Shown: positions 36,831-48,698, numbered from the whole stretch's first letter. The stretch: 57,345 nucleotides of DNA, filler included, from Sphacelaria rigidula (GCA_964200075.2; 6 parts of 6 records of this genome joined end to end with filler, not necessarily neighbours in it), one strand, 5' to 3'. Made by a program: numbers and translations. Notes: generated from the sequence alone by a model not told the origin.

Positions 36831-37529
36831 CGGTAGCGACAGCCTGCAGCCAAAATAGCAACTTTATCTCATGCCTCGCCAAACTTGCCCGGACTACTGG
36901 TAAGGTACTCGAGATACACGACACGGAACATGATCCCATTGACGTAATCATGTTAAGTAATGAACTTCGGGGGTTGGCGTGTCCGCAATCGCACTGATCT
37001 CCGTGCCAAGGATCTTTGCATACGGCAGCTGCTAGCTGACCGCATCCGCCAACGCCTTGGCTATAAAGTAGGGGACAGCAGGCAGGTTGTCCCCCCCTTG
37101 CCTTCCCTCCCCTCCATCGAAAACTCAAATTTTCAGTGTTGGGGCCTTCGTGTCCCGAAATGAATCGTTTTTTGACGGACCCTTGGCGTATCTCTTGTAT
37201 CGAACTCGAACTGCTAGATCCGACTATATATATATATATATATATATCCGTCCCACCATATCTGTGATCCCATCGTTGGACATACCTTCTCACAATTACA
37301 TGTCCACTCCATTCTGATAATGTCGTGCAGACCAAAGACCTCCCACCATGATCCGATCCTCGAGATCGAGCTCCGAGACACAATACGAGGCCTTCTCTGA
37401 ACTATTCGCGTGTTGATCTTCTCTGGACATTCCATCATCATCGCTGTGTAACGAAGGCGCCACACAGACGTGTGAGTACACTGTTATTATTGTTTGTCTG
37501 ACGATATCGTACCATGCCACTGAATGCAG

Positions 37530-37646
37530 CCCGCGGAAAGTGCTGCGATCACAAGTGCCCTGATGACTGGGGACGCGTGCACGACTGGGACAAGAAGGAG
37601 TGCCGTGACCGCAAGTGTAAGGACGACGAATGCTGCGAAAAAAAGG
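37530..37646 (+). CDS. Cys-rich symmetric exon (RGKCCDHKCPDDWGRVHDWDKKECRDRKCKDDECCEKK), probably a repeat module of an extracellular protein
   Basis: TGCAG acceptor and G|GTGAGC donor; 117 bp, phase 1/1; strong C/G third-position bias. Confidence 0.75.
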
Positions 37647-38198
37647 GTGAGCAATGCACTGTTGAGTTTCAAGTTCAGAAATATTCCCGGCCTTGGGCGC
37701 TAGTTCATACAACCCGACGAAGAAACCGACACGCTGGACTCTTCTTGAGATTTGAACTTCGAAGACTAGGTAGAGAAAATTGGCATCTCCCGCTGACACG
37801 TCTCACAGCTAAAAAAAGGTCTTCTGTTGTATTGTTACACGTGAGCGGACCGCGTGCTTTGTGGGCCACATCGGAGTTTGAACATCCCCAGAGTTCGGGT
37901 AGGGGTTCGGGTTCGGGTTCGGGTCAGGGGCGCGGTCCATGCAGGCACGGGCCCGAGCTGCCTTGAAAAACGTCGGTCCCGGGGTGTTTTGTGTTGGAAA
38001 TTATTCGCTGGCATGACACTGTTTCACTGGACAGTTAAGCAGAGGCTTGCACTGTTGTAGCGGTAAAGCTACTTGCGAGGAGCCAGTGTAGTAAATCAAG
38101 ATACTGCGGTAACAACAAATTGTGCGACTTGAGGTTTAACTCCGAGATGAGGTTCCAAGGCTAAAACAGTGCTTTCCCCACACTTTCAGCCATGGTGC

Positions 38199-38298
38199 NN
38201 NNNNNNNNNNNNNNNNNNNNNNNNNNNNNNNNNNNNNNNNNNTTAATTAATTAANNNNNNNNNNNNNNNNNNNNNNNNNNNNNNNNNNNNNNNNNNNN
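38199..38298. other. Artificial 100-bp contig linker
   Basis: N-run, TTAATTAATTAA, N-run. Confidence 0.99.
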
Positions 38299-38693
38299 AG
38301 TGATAATCTATACTCAAATATAACTGAGAGTGCTTACTCAATGTTTGAGTAAAGTATTTGAGGTCGTACTCGATCTACTCAAAATTTGGGTCGAGTATTT
38401 GAGGCCATACTCAACCTACCCAAAACTTGAGTAGAATATTTCAGGCCGTACTCGACCTGCTCAAAATTTGAGAAGAGTGTTGAGGTCACACTTAAGTGAT
38501 ACTCTATACGTAAGTGTTACTGAGAGTGCTTACTCAATATTTGAGTAGAGTGTGTGAAGCTTTACTCGACTTACTCAAAAATTGAGTAGATTATTTGAGG
38601 CCGTACTCGATCTACTCAAACTTGGAGTAGAGTAAATACTCGAGCATTTTACTCGAGTACTCAAAAGTACATACCCTACTCGACTTGCCCTTG
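38299..38693. repeat. Array of ~41-bp palindromic TACTC/GAGTA units ending in GCCCTTG (probable hAT-like right end)
   Basis: Units like TATTTGAGGCCGTACTCGATCTACTCAAAATTTGAGTAGA; higher-order duplication of 38299-38400 at 38496-38600. Confidence 0.8.
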
Positions 38694-40429
38694 CAACATG
38701 AACAAAGGTGCGAAGAAAAAAAAAGAAGCTAGAGATATTTGAAGTTTCAGCAAAAACAGGGAGAATGCTAAAAACCTGTGAAAATCAAGAAATACCACGG
38801 CACCCCCTTACACGTTGGGCACTTGCGTGCAGGAGATCTTGGTAAAATTTCGGCCGAAAATACCTGAAATTGGGCGCAGCCGGGCAGCTCTTGTGTGACA
38901 CCGCGGCGCCCGGTTAATCCAAGTGATACAGGAGACTCCACTTTTAGAATTCACGGGTTGGAATCCCGACAGATTCTCCTTTTTTTCCGTTCCGTCGGTA
39001 AGGTTATATCTTATGCTGTACAATCTGTTTTTTTTTTTTCTTCGTTCAGCGGCGGTGCCGTGCGTTACCAGGTTGGTCTGCAGTTCACAGCGATATGCTC
39101 AAGTCGAGCTGATTTGGTAAACTTGATAAGTTGTGGTGTGACATACAAAATGCGGGATTTACTGCTGGCCCAGCTCGTATTCCAACTCAAGGAAAGCGTA
39201 AGAAACAACAAACCAAGGTCATCTTTAAGCATGCCACAAATGTTCCGGCCAAATAGTGCCTCGTGTTATAATTCAGCGTCAAATTTCGCCCGAACACGGG
39301 ACCGAGCGGGTTGTGCCATCTCAAAAGAAACTGCTGCACCGCGTGGCATGACTCTGTTTCACCTTGATGAAATTTTCGGCGCCCCCCTTTTCGCTTCGCG
39401 AGTAATTTCATCTTGTATACGTGAGAAAATAATATTTTTTCTATGAACTTCTCAAATTTTCGTGGTACCTCATTCCATGCCGAAGGTGTGTAGAAAATAC
39501 AGGTCCGGGGACAAGTGTGTAAGGACCGTTCGACAGAATGGAACACAGGATTTTCCCCCGGAAGTGTTCTGACCCGTGCCAATTTTCACAACCGCTCCCC
39601 GACAAGATGTGCCCATATACTATGTGATAGAACTGGCTGAAATCGTCGCCGAGCGGGGAAGTTGAGGCGGCGGGAAATCTGACTATAATGCACAGCGACA
39701 AGGCAATAAGAAATATGCCATCCGGGACGATTGAGTCCCTTCGAGGAAAATCCAATCGATAACTTGTTCGCACCCTGAATCTTGAGGGATTGCATAGGCC
39801 AGTATCTACGGGTACGAATCCAAACTTGTACAAATCTGGGGATTTCAGCCATTCTGAAGAGATTTTGCCGCACGAATTGCGTTTTCGGACCCCAGCACGT
39901 TTGGAAACGTTCTTCGGCGAGCTGTGACGCGAAGGCGAGACTCTCATTGTTTTGGACGTCGACTTTGGTACTAAACATAAGGGCACGTCGCTCAAATGAA
40001 GAGGAGCCTGAATTTTCGTGCAGGAAGGACATATTTCGGCCGCAGATATGTTTTTTGTCCACACCTTTTCGGGATTGACTGAATTTGAGTAGGAAGGTAA
40101 AATACCTCAAGTCGATATCCTGATAACGTGTCCTCGCAGCTGGTCGAACACCATGCCCGGAGGGCCTCGTGTCCGAAACCTCAACCGGAGAAAAAAAACG
40201 CCTTCAGAGATGCTGAACGACGCGAATGTGGTTACATATGCAGATTTTCACCTCTAAGGCCTCTTGTTATGGCAACGAAAAGTAAAATGTAGATAATCGC
40301 CTTTCTGGAGCTTCTGCGTCGTTTCACGCCGTAAAAGAGAGGTGAGCGGATTTTGATGCCAAGACGGTTCCGGTACACCTGCGCGTTCCTGGGGTGCCGG
40401 CAGTTTTTTTCTTGGACACACTCGCATGT

Positions 40430-43150
40430 TTCTCGGAGACGGGTCAAGTCCAGAAAAAGAAACGGCGCCCGTGCCGGTTGGCAAAGGGTTGCAGTTGTTG
40501 ATGGCGAATGAGGTGGATCCCGGGGGTGATAGCAACGACGAAGCAGAGACGAGCTCGGATGACGACTGGGAGTGCCGTAGTAGCACATCATCGGAGGAGT
40601 CATTTGGTTCGCACGGAGACACAGGCGAGGACATACTGGAACGATACTTGGACCGGGTGAACGATATGTAAGAGGGTGGTCAACGCACAGGTATGATATC
40701 AAGAGCTTCGGCGAAGGAGGTTCGCGTCGGTAGTCATGTGTCTCTGTCCCCCCTAGTTTATTATGATCCCCAGGCCCGTGCATCGACCGCAATCCCGGAG
40801 ATCTCTTCTTCTGTTTGATATTATGTTGGATGGATGGGGCTGCGGTGGGGTTGCAGTAATTGAATCGTTGCAATCTGTGATTTGGTAACATAAGGGGAGC
40901 ACAATGTGGCTGCCGTATATGGTATTGGAATGTGGCTGTCGATGAGTGAGTTACGGGAAAGCAGACCTCGTGGGAGTTGCGCGAGCATGCTGCATCCGAT
41001 TGATGACGATCAGTCATGCTGCGCGGCGACGCCGTCCCATTCCCGGTGCTATCGTGAGGTACGCCCCCCCCCTCCTCTCCCTCGGGCTCGAAAGGAACAC
41101 GACTCTGGCTCGCTGACCCTCTCTTCGTCTATTCATCCGCGTGTGCGCTACATTTGGCCTCAAGTGCACCAAAAGCGGCGAAACCAGACTGTGAGGCTGT
41201 CACGGGTTTTATCGCGGGTGGATGGAGACCACGTACACTTCAGAATGTAATGTGATCTCATGGAAGGATCAGTTGTCGTTCACATTATGCGCTCGACATC
41301 TCAGATGTGCCCGCCGCGGCGGCGGTGGAGGGGTCAACGGGCGCGATATCGCCTCGGCCTTTTTTGCCATAGAAAGTCCTACGATTTGTTGGGTATCGAA
41401 CGACGCCGGCGCATCGTGTGTTTTGATGTGGACGGTCGGCATTTTATCGAACGGTTTTGCGGCCTGAACTTCCCGCCGCAGCGAAGGATACAGTGTCCAT
41501 ACCATCAGGTTTTGAGTGTTGAGGGCAAGTGTTCTTCCTGCGGAGATGGTGCGTTTTGAAATGGATACGGTCACTTGTGCGGGCTCCTCCTACATGTTAC
41601 TCCCTGGAAATAGCGAAAAACCCGGCGCTAGATTGCGAGAGTCGTGCATTCTCCTTCACCAAAAAAACGCATCGTTGATGTGACCTTCTGCGATGTCATT
41701 TTAATTGGATTATATGGGCTTCTTTTCATCTTCGGTGTGAGTTTCCGTGATGTATGCGGTTAAGACCCCGCCCACAAGGGGGCTCGTATCACCTGGAAAA
41801 AATTACGCCATTACTGTTTTTCGCCGGCGTTGGTCTTCGTATGTGTTTAGTTATTGCGGAACTGCAATATCCGAGAAATTATATATTTTGTTCTTCACAA
41901 AATGCGCCTAAAGTGCTACCGTCGAGTCTTGCCCCCAAGGCCATTTCTGATGCGTCAAATATTTATGTGATTGGCTGTTGGCATTTCGCTGACCATTTTC
42001 AGCCGACACAAGGGTTGGGCGGATGTTGGCAACTCGGAATAACAAGCTTCACTCGTCGACACCATTGTAAAGGACCTTGATAACCCTCACAACACTTTGT
42101 GTGTGGCCAAACCCGCACTCTCCAAATCAGGGGCGGTTGCGTAACAAGAAAAATGCAGACCCAAGCACCTTCGCGTTCCGTGTACGCAACAGTTTCGTTT
42201 GCGGCCGAAGTTGCAATTGCAATAGCAAACGATAAAGTTGTTGAAAACAAGTTGGTTTTTATTTGTTAGAAGCAAAGTAGTCGATGTCTTGTCGTGAAAA
42301 CAACTTCGTATTTTTCTTGTGCTTCATGCATTTCATTCAGTTGGCCGCTTGTTGCTGAGATAGCAATTTATGGCGCGACTAGAACCGTGACATAACCCTG
42401 GAACGGAAAATCGCTGCGGAACGCTATCAGCGAAGATATACGATCGTTCCGACGTGTCAACCTCCGTCGAAACCTCATCTGCGGGAGAATTACTCATGGG
42501 AGGGCGAAGAGGCGATTTCCATCCAGACACGTTCTTACACGCGATAAGTGGCTAAACAGACATATTTTCCGTGGTACATCAAAGAAATACGAAAAAGGGC
42601 GTTCGTTGAACCTGACCTTTGTCACGGCATCGACAGAATATTTGGCGAGAACACACACCTACACTGGGGTGCAGTATCGCATCTGCGCGATACCTCAGCC
42701 CGCAGTGCTCCTCGCTGTACACACCATCAGGACGAGGAACAACCGGAGTGTTTTCCATCGCACCTTGCACCCGACGCGTTGGCGGAGCCCGCAGTTGTTG
42801 CCGTCGTACTGGGACGGGGGCCGAACGGGTGCAAATAGGACGGCGGTAACTCACCCAATCTGTGATATGCGGCGTAACCACACCTCATGTATCATTTCGA
42901 GCGTTCAGTACTGAATTTTCCACTTTTCAAGCGTTACTTTGTTCGTGGATTCCTGCACCGTGTCGCCACCGTCCGGCTTCAAACTTGGCACGCAGATACA
43001 ACACTACACAAACAGCATATTCGCTGTTCGGCGGCACGTGATGGGTAGTGCACACTGAAAACAGAGCGAACACGGATTGTGGGTTATGCCGTCCATACGC
43101 TCTCAAAACGGTGTCTCTACAGCCCAGACTGCGCGACACATCGCTGGATG
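40430..43150 (+). pseudogene. Highly decayed DDE transposase, Sola2-like by motif order
   Basis: Acidic N-terminus; Cys cluster; RYRLGLFCHRKSYDLLGIERRR (like Y.L...C.K.F..LGI..R); TYFPWYIKEIRKRAFVEPDLC (like FP.V.I.K..F..CD.C); H..R..F...PQLLPSYWDG (like S..IDG). Fragments lie in shifting frames. Confidence 0.4.
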
Positions 43151-43362
43151 CATGTTCTGACACGCGGGTGCGTTCACTTCCACGTTATTACCTACTACGC
43201 AGCTTCTGCGCCGTTAAACAAACATCGATATGGGCTGGCACCCATTGTGGATGATGACGTTCTGGCATCATTGGCTGTAGATAGGTACTCCCGAGAGCAA
43301 TCGATTGTTGACGGCATTGCTCATAGTGGTAAATACCAAAAATGCAGTGCTGGCGGCAGAGG

Positions 43363-43545
43363 CTACCGATTGACGGCTCACCAAATCTATTGATGGCGGT
43401 AATAGGTATTTATGGATAACTCACTTAATCTGTTGATGACGGCAACCACTATCGATGGATGGCTCACCAAACCTGTTGATAACGGCAATGACTATCGATG
43501 GATGGCTCACCAAACCTATTGATTACGGCAATGGCTATCGGTATA
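43363..43545. repeat. 43-bp tandem repeat, ~4 copies
   Basis: CTATCGATGGATGGCTCACCAAACCT.TTGAT.ACGGCAA. Confidence 0.85.
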
Positions 43546-43771
43546 TACAACCCAGAATCTATTGCTGTACACGATGTCCATCGATGGCGAGTGATCTTTA
43601 TATCTATTGTAATTGCCAAAGGCTATCGATCGACTATGGCAACATGTCAATAGGTGTGTTTCACCATCTATCGTGTTCGATAATATATATCGATAGGTTT
43701 TTGCCTGTGTCTATTGCTGGCGCAACGAACTATTATGGTGTCCATGGTCCAGGATGTGCACGGTTGACCCG

Positions 43772-45681
43772 CGCACATGCGGCCATTCGGCTACCTCGTG
43801 GAGGTATTTTCAAACGTCATCCTCGGTTCCGTCCGTTTTAAAATCCCCCCTAGAGGATCTTGGGTATCCGTCATCCTTAAGAGGATTTTCAATGTCGGGG
43901 TCCTCGAAGGTCTTTGTCGATATTAAAATTCCCTGAATTGTTTTTCGAGGCACAAGTGCTATGGAAATCTGGAATTTTCACAGCTGATCGAAATGAGTCC
44001 TGATTCCAAATTATTGGAATCAGGCCAAAAGGATTCAATTCGAACAGCAGAGGCTGTGCAAATCCCATATACACTCGCAAATGGAATTTGTTCACCAGAA
44101 GCTGTTCGAAATAAATCCTCATTTTGCCCACCAATACCTTGAATTGGGCAAAAAAAGACTCTTATTTGCGAGCAGCTTTTGCTGTTCAAGTCCTACATAC
44201 GACACAGTATCGGTAGATGAGAGTCGAGAGGCAGCAGAAGTCGTTGAGAACTCATCCTCTTGCCCGCCCCCATTTCATATCTTGGGCAAGCGGATCGAAC
44301 TCTTCAACAACTTCGACTGGTTTCAAATCCCATACACCGATCGCGAATGAATGTATGTACACACAGCCATGCTACCTTGAGCTTTAAGCTGTGGATGTGA
44401 TGCTCAAACAGTTTGAACCTCATCTATCTCAACATACAGGCTTGAAACCCCCGTGGTCCCGTGTTCACCATTCGAACACCAAAGTCAAGCATTTTTCCGA
44501 GTGAACTCGAGAGAAAATATGATCGCGGTTTATCCTGTACGTTGATGGTGATATATATGATCATCACAACAATAAGCATGGCTTGATGCTGTACTGGACA
44601 GTACAATACCGTGTAGGACAGTACCATGTCGTGCTTATATACGTGCTGTACAATATACTGCAGAGTTAGCGCGGCATATGCGCCCCGTGTGGCTAATCAA
44701 AGTGGATGCCTGTAACTTTGGGTGCATGGGGGTGTTATATGCCATGAGCTACTGAGTATACGCACGATGCCCGTTCTTGCAGCGTGCTCACAGCTGCAGT
44801 CAGTAGGGCGTGAAAGGGAAGCGCACAAAGTACAGTACAGACAGCGCAGGAATAAATGTATGTTTGCTGCTCACAGTGTAACGTGAAAAGGACTTGAACA
44901 GTGTTCGCAGCTTTGTCTGCCTGTTCATGGGTGTGTATGCAGTGAACCGCCCGTTGTTGCTCGCACCATACCCCGCTGCTCAAGTTCAAACTTCCACCAA
45001 CAAGACATACATCATGCTCAACTACTGCAGTGTGCATCTATATCCCTGTGCCCAACTCGTGCTCTTTGCTGCAGGGTTATCGTGGTGGTATTGTAGCTGG
45101 GGATAAGTGGTGTCGGGTTTGCAATTCAATCTGTGAACGGCGGGTGATACAGTGTGTGTGTTGTGTGTGTGTGTTGTGTTGTTGTGTTGTCGTCCCATTT
45201 ATTCTGGGCACCAGTCTACACCTTATACAGTATATATATATATATATATTTGGCGTGATGGTTCCAAAGGTCCCCTGGAACCAGTTTAGGACACAAGTGC
45301 ACAAGTGCTAATGTACACGCTGGAGGATACTGCACGGCTATGTCTTCCGGAGTCGCAACAAATGCCTCAGAGGCCATAGTCGGTCCCTCCGCCAGAGGAA
45401 TGATGCTCATACTTCCCTCTGTCGTTCATAGTTCTCTCGAAGGGACGTTCACGAACACCACGTGCTCCGTTGCACCATATTTTTGGTACTCGGGAGGGAT
45501 TCAGACCTCAGAAGGCACTGGAGAATCAGATGCCCTCGAGAGGATTCGTTTCATGACCGGAACCGAGTATGTAATATCCTCTTGATGATATTCTTATTCT
45601 CCCGAGGGTCACTTTACCCTTGAGAGAATGAAAATCGCGATAGATGATTTTAAGGGGGGTAGCCGAATGGCCGCGTGTGCG
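43772..45681. mobile_element. ~1.9-kb TIR-bounded non-autonomous element (CAC..GTG termini, possible CG TSD; CMC/EnSpm-like)
   Basis: CGCACATGCGGCCATTCGGCTACC (43772-43795) matches the reverse complement of 45658-45681 at 23/24. Confidence 0.75.
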
Positions 45682-46677
45682 GTGGAGCTGAACCTGATGT
45701 TCTCTATATCAATACGCGCAGTGGCTATTGCCTGTGGCACGCTGGGTGTCTTTTGTCTAGTGTAATGCCACCTTGGATTGATTCGTTACAGTGACGTCAG
45801 ATGATCAGCCAGGATCTGTATCCTGGTCCGGGGTATGTATCACAGATAGAGTCAAAACCGCTCCTGGAATTTCTCGGGGGAAAAGAACGTTCCTCGGAGG
45901 AATGCGGGGTATCTTTGCCCACGAAAATACACCCATGCTGTCTCGCCCTCAAGCACAACTGGTGTGTCCTCCGCACCAAACACGAAGCGCGATCACGACC
46001 GAGCATTTGAAAAATGCCACTGGGCAAAAATCGAAGACCCACACGAAATCAGGGAAAGAACGATTGAGTGAGACATGCCCTGTATCACTTTGCTGCAGCA
46101 CAACACACTCATGCTCCATCTCGTGTGCCGTAGCTATCGCTACCCTGTCGCGTCTTGGGGCCCTTGTGAGACGGTTTGATCTCCGCTGGAAATTCCTGAG
46201 TTGCTTTATATTGCCATTCCGTTCGTCTCTATTGTTGTTGTTGTTGTTGTCTTCACAATGAAAAACAATATAGTCGGCAGCCAGTGCTCTCTACGCACAG
46301 CTGAAACGTTCATGGTGTGTTGGCTGTTCCGTCTCGAGTCAATCGAATAAAGCGCTTCCCAAATCCATCATTTCTATGCTCCAGTTGTCGCTCGGAAGTG
46401 ATGTCCAAACAAAAACATGGTAAAACAATCGTCACGTGACGGCTGTGCAGCTGTCTGTTGCGTCTTCTCTGGTACTTCAGGTATTGTCGGGTGCTGTGAT
46501 CAGGGGAACACGCAAGGCGGATGCGTGTAGGTTGGGACAAACAAGCTGAGCGAGCACGGATCTTTTATGTCCTCGTTTGTTGACGGTAGCAGCTGTCTGC
46601 CTCGCAGCGGCGCAATATGTGGGCATATCAAAGCTATTTTTCGACTCATATTCGACTCGTTTTTCTCATCTGATTAA

Positions 46678-46837
46678 CCCTTTTGGGACCGGACGCCCAG
46701 AAACATGGTGTTTGCACGCAGGGGCCTTTTGGTGAATCGGGATAATTATCAGTCGTTTTCAAGTAAAAATCATGCCGACATACATAAAGGCCGCTGCGCG
46801 CAAACACCATGTCTCTGGGAGTTCAGTCCCCCAAGGA
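46678..46837. mobile_element. 160-bp piggyBac-like MITE with long TIRs
   Basis: TTAA|CCCTTTTGGGAC..CCCAGAAACATGGTGTTTGC...GCAAACACCATGTCTCTGGG..GTCCCCCAAGGA|TTAA. Confidence 0.85.
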
Positions 46838-46841
46838 TTAA

Positions 46842-46940
46842 CCCTAAGACCGCGAGGTTAGTCTTCTGTTGAATCGGCATCAATTTCAAGTGAAAGAAAA
46901 GTATGCATGATCCAGAAAGACTAATCTCGCGACCTAAGGG
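46842..46940. mobile_element. 99-bp piggyBac-like MITE (reverse orientation relative to 32597)
   Basis: TTAA|CCCTAAGACCGCGAGGTTAGTC..GACTAATCTCGCGACCTAAGGG|TTAA. Confidence 0.9.
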
Positions 46941-47772
46941 TTAAAGGAAGGTCGCCACATTTTGGTATAGTCTATCCAAAGATTATGATTGGTCGAAAAA
47001 CCTTGCCTCTCATAATCCTCGCCCACTACCTGTGGGCCCAGTGCCCAAAAGCGGCGCCAACCTATCCAAAAATAACTTCTGAGGGTATAGGAGGTTGGCA
47101 GTGATATTTGTGATACGCAATCACTCCATGGGGAAATCTGAGGGGGTGCAGCGTGCAAAGGGCGCAGAGGGCGAGAAAAATGACGAATAGGGGGGTGTTA
47201 CGTCATGTGACGGCAACAGCGCGGTCGCCACAGGCACGAACACAGCGCTTATAAAACGGCTACCGAAACTCCCACACAGAGTCGTATACAAACTATAGGA
47301 GTAGAAAGCTGTGGTTTTTGCGTCCTACGGTGAGGCGTATGAGCTTTACTCGCCACATGACTGCTCTTTACACATGCAGGTCAGGAGGCCGACTGACACG
47401 AGAGAGAAAGAGAAAGGAGAAAGAGAAAGAGAGGGGGGCAGAGAGACAGCGAAAGAGAGACAAACACACCTTCCCCTCCTCCAAGGATACCAAGGCAAGC
47501 TGTTAGCTCCTTCTGCTTCTCTTCCTACTCTCGTTTGAGCTGGGGCGTGGGCGCTGTCTGTTTTGGTCCGGCTTATACCGCGAAGAATGCGGCAGGTTCA
47601 GAAATATCTTTTCGCGATTCGGAAACCGGTGCGGCGAGACCTATGAAATAGTGGTTTTGAGTCTCAAAGGTCATTACGTACATACATGCAAGGAGCCTCA
47701 CAGACTGGAAAACGGTTTATACCCGCCCCCCCCCCCTCCCTCAGGGGTGGTCGAGAATGAGGAAAATCGAAA

Positions 47773-47872
47773 NNNNNNNNNNNNNNNNNNNNNNNNNNNN
47801 NNNNNNNNNNNNNNNNTTAATTAATTAANNNNNNNNNNNNNNNNNNNNNNNNNNNNNNNNNNNNNNNNNNNN
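47773..47872. other. Artificial 100-bp contig linker
   Basis: N-run, TTAATTAATTAA, N-run. Confidence 0.99.
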
Positions 47873-47932
47873 AATCGAACCCCCGTTCTCTCCACCCTAA
47901 TGGCGACAGTCGGACCATTACACCACCGGGGC
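47873..47932 (-). other. tRNA-like head (SINE 5' end or tRNA pseudogene), truncated by the contig end
   Basis: GCCCCGG-TGGTGTAATGG (A box)..GGGGGTTCGATT (B box); anticodon arm not canonical. Confidence 0.6.
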
Positions 47933-48112
47933 GCGGCGGCATGCGTGCGAGATCAAAACACGCTCGAGGCGGTTCTTGTGTATCTTGGCTGTCGTCCCTT
48001 TGCGCGTGGCGGCGTGAGCCGCCGAATCCTGGTATGATCATGTGTCGGTGATAGTGTTGCTCGGTGGTGGTTTTGGCGTTGCCGAAATTCTTCTGGTACT
48101 CCGGCCCGGCAA

Positions 48113-48398
48113 ATATATGACACTTTTTACGATAGTCCCCCCCTCCCCCCCCCCCCCCCAAAATCAGCCCAAAGTGTCACGAGAAAAATGGTCATACAGC
48201 GCCTGATATTTGGGTTCAGGCTGCAGGAAGCGCCTCACATGGGCGACAATGGCGAGAACGAACCCAAACGTGGGAATTCCCGGCTGCTCGTTGTGCTCGG
48301 CTCTTTCCCATTCCGATTTACGTGAAGAAGATTTTGCCTCCTCAACATCAGGCACTTTTTTTGCAGGGGGGGGTGGTATCGTAGAAACTGTTATATAT
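48113..48398. mobile_element. ~285-bp MITE with TA-rich ends
   Basis: ATATATGACACTTTTTACGATAG..(C)n matches the reverse complement of (G)n..TATCGTAGAAACTGTTATATAT (19/22 over the terminal part). Confidence 0.7.
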
Positions 48399-48570
48399 AT
48401 ATTGTCGAGCTCTCGTGTTGCTACAGCACCAGGGGAAGGACCCGGTGTACCCCGAGGATGCCTGCCTGGCTGCCTGTCCGTCCAGTTTATCTCCCGGAAA
48501 TTTTGTACCGACCGGCGATACTGTATGCATTTGTTGATACTGTGATGTGTGGCTTTGTCGGGGGAAAAAG

Positions 48571-48698
48571 GTGCCAGCGAACTTATATCGAGGTGCTGCG
48601 CGAGATGGAGCCAGACCACGCGGAGACAGAGGCCAAGATGACACCCGCGCAGATCATGGAGTTTTTTGAGGCCTGCGACACGCTGATGGCGCTTCCAG
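48571..48698 (+). CDS. Exon of a helical protein (CQRTYIEVLREMEPDHAETEAKMTPAQIMEFFEACDTLMALP), spliced to 52376 through a GC donor
   Basis: AAG acceptor (or CAG at 48575-48577); strong coding bias; ends CCA G|GCAAGC, phase 1. Confidence 0.75.

Noticed and set aside
38299..38693. CRISPR-like array (also considered for 4755-5050 and 43363-43545)
   Set aside because: Units are contiguous and degenerate with no unique spacers, there are no cas genes, and the context is eukaryotic.
38797..47156. CACGGCACCCCC..GGGGGTGCAGCGTG as TIRs of an 8.4-kb element
   Set aside because: The match is short and gapped, there is no TSD, and a similar end occurs alone at ~55298-55312.
9476..47872. Regularly spaced TTAATTAATTAA palindromes as a biological periodic signal
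   Set aside because: They are embedded in N-runs of fixed total length and are synthetic six-frame-stop linkers.
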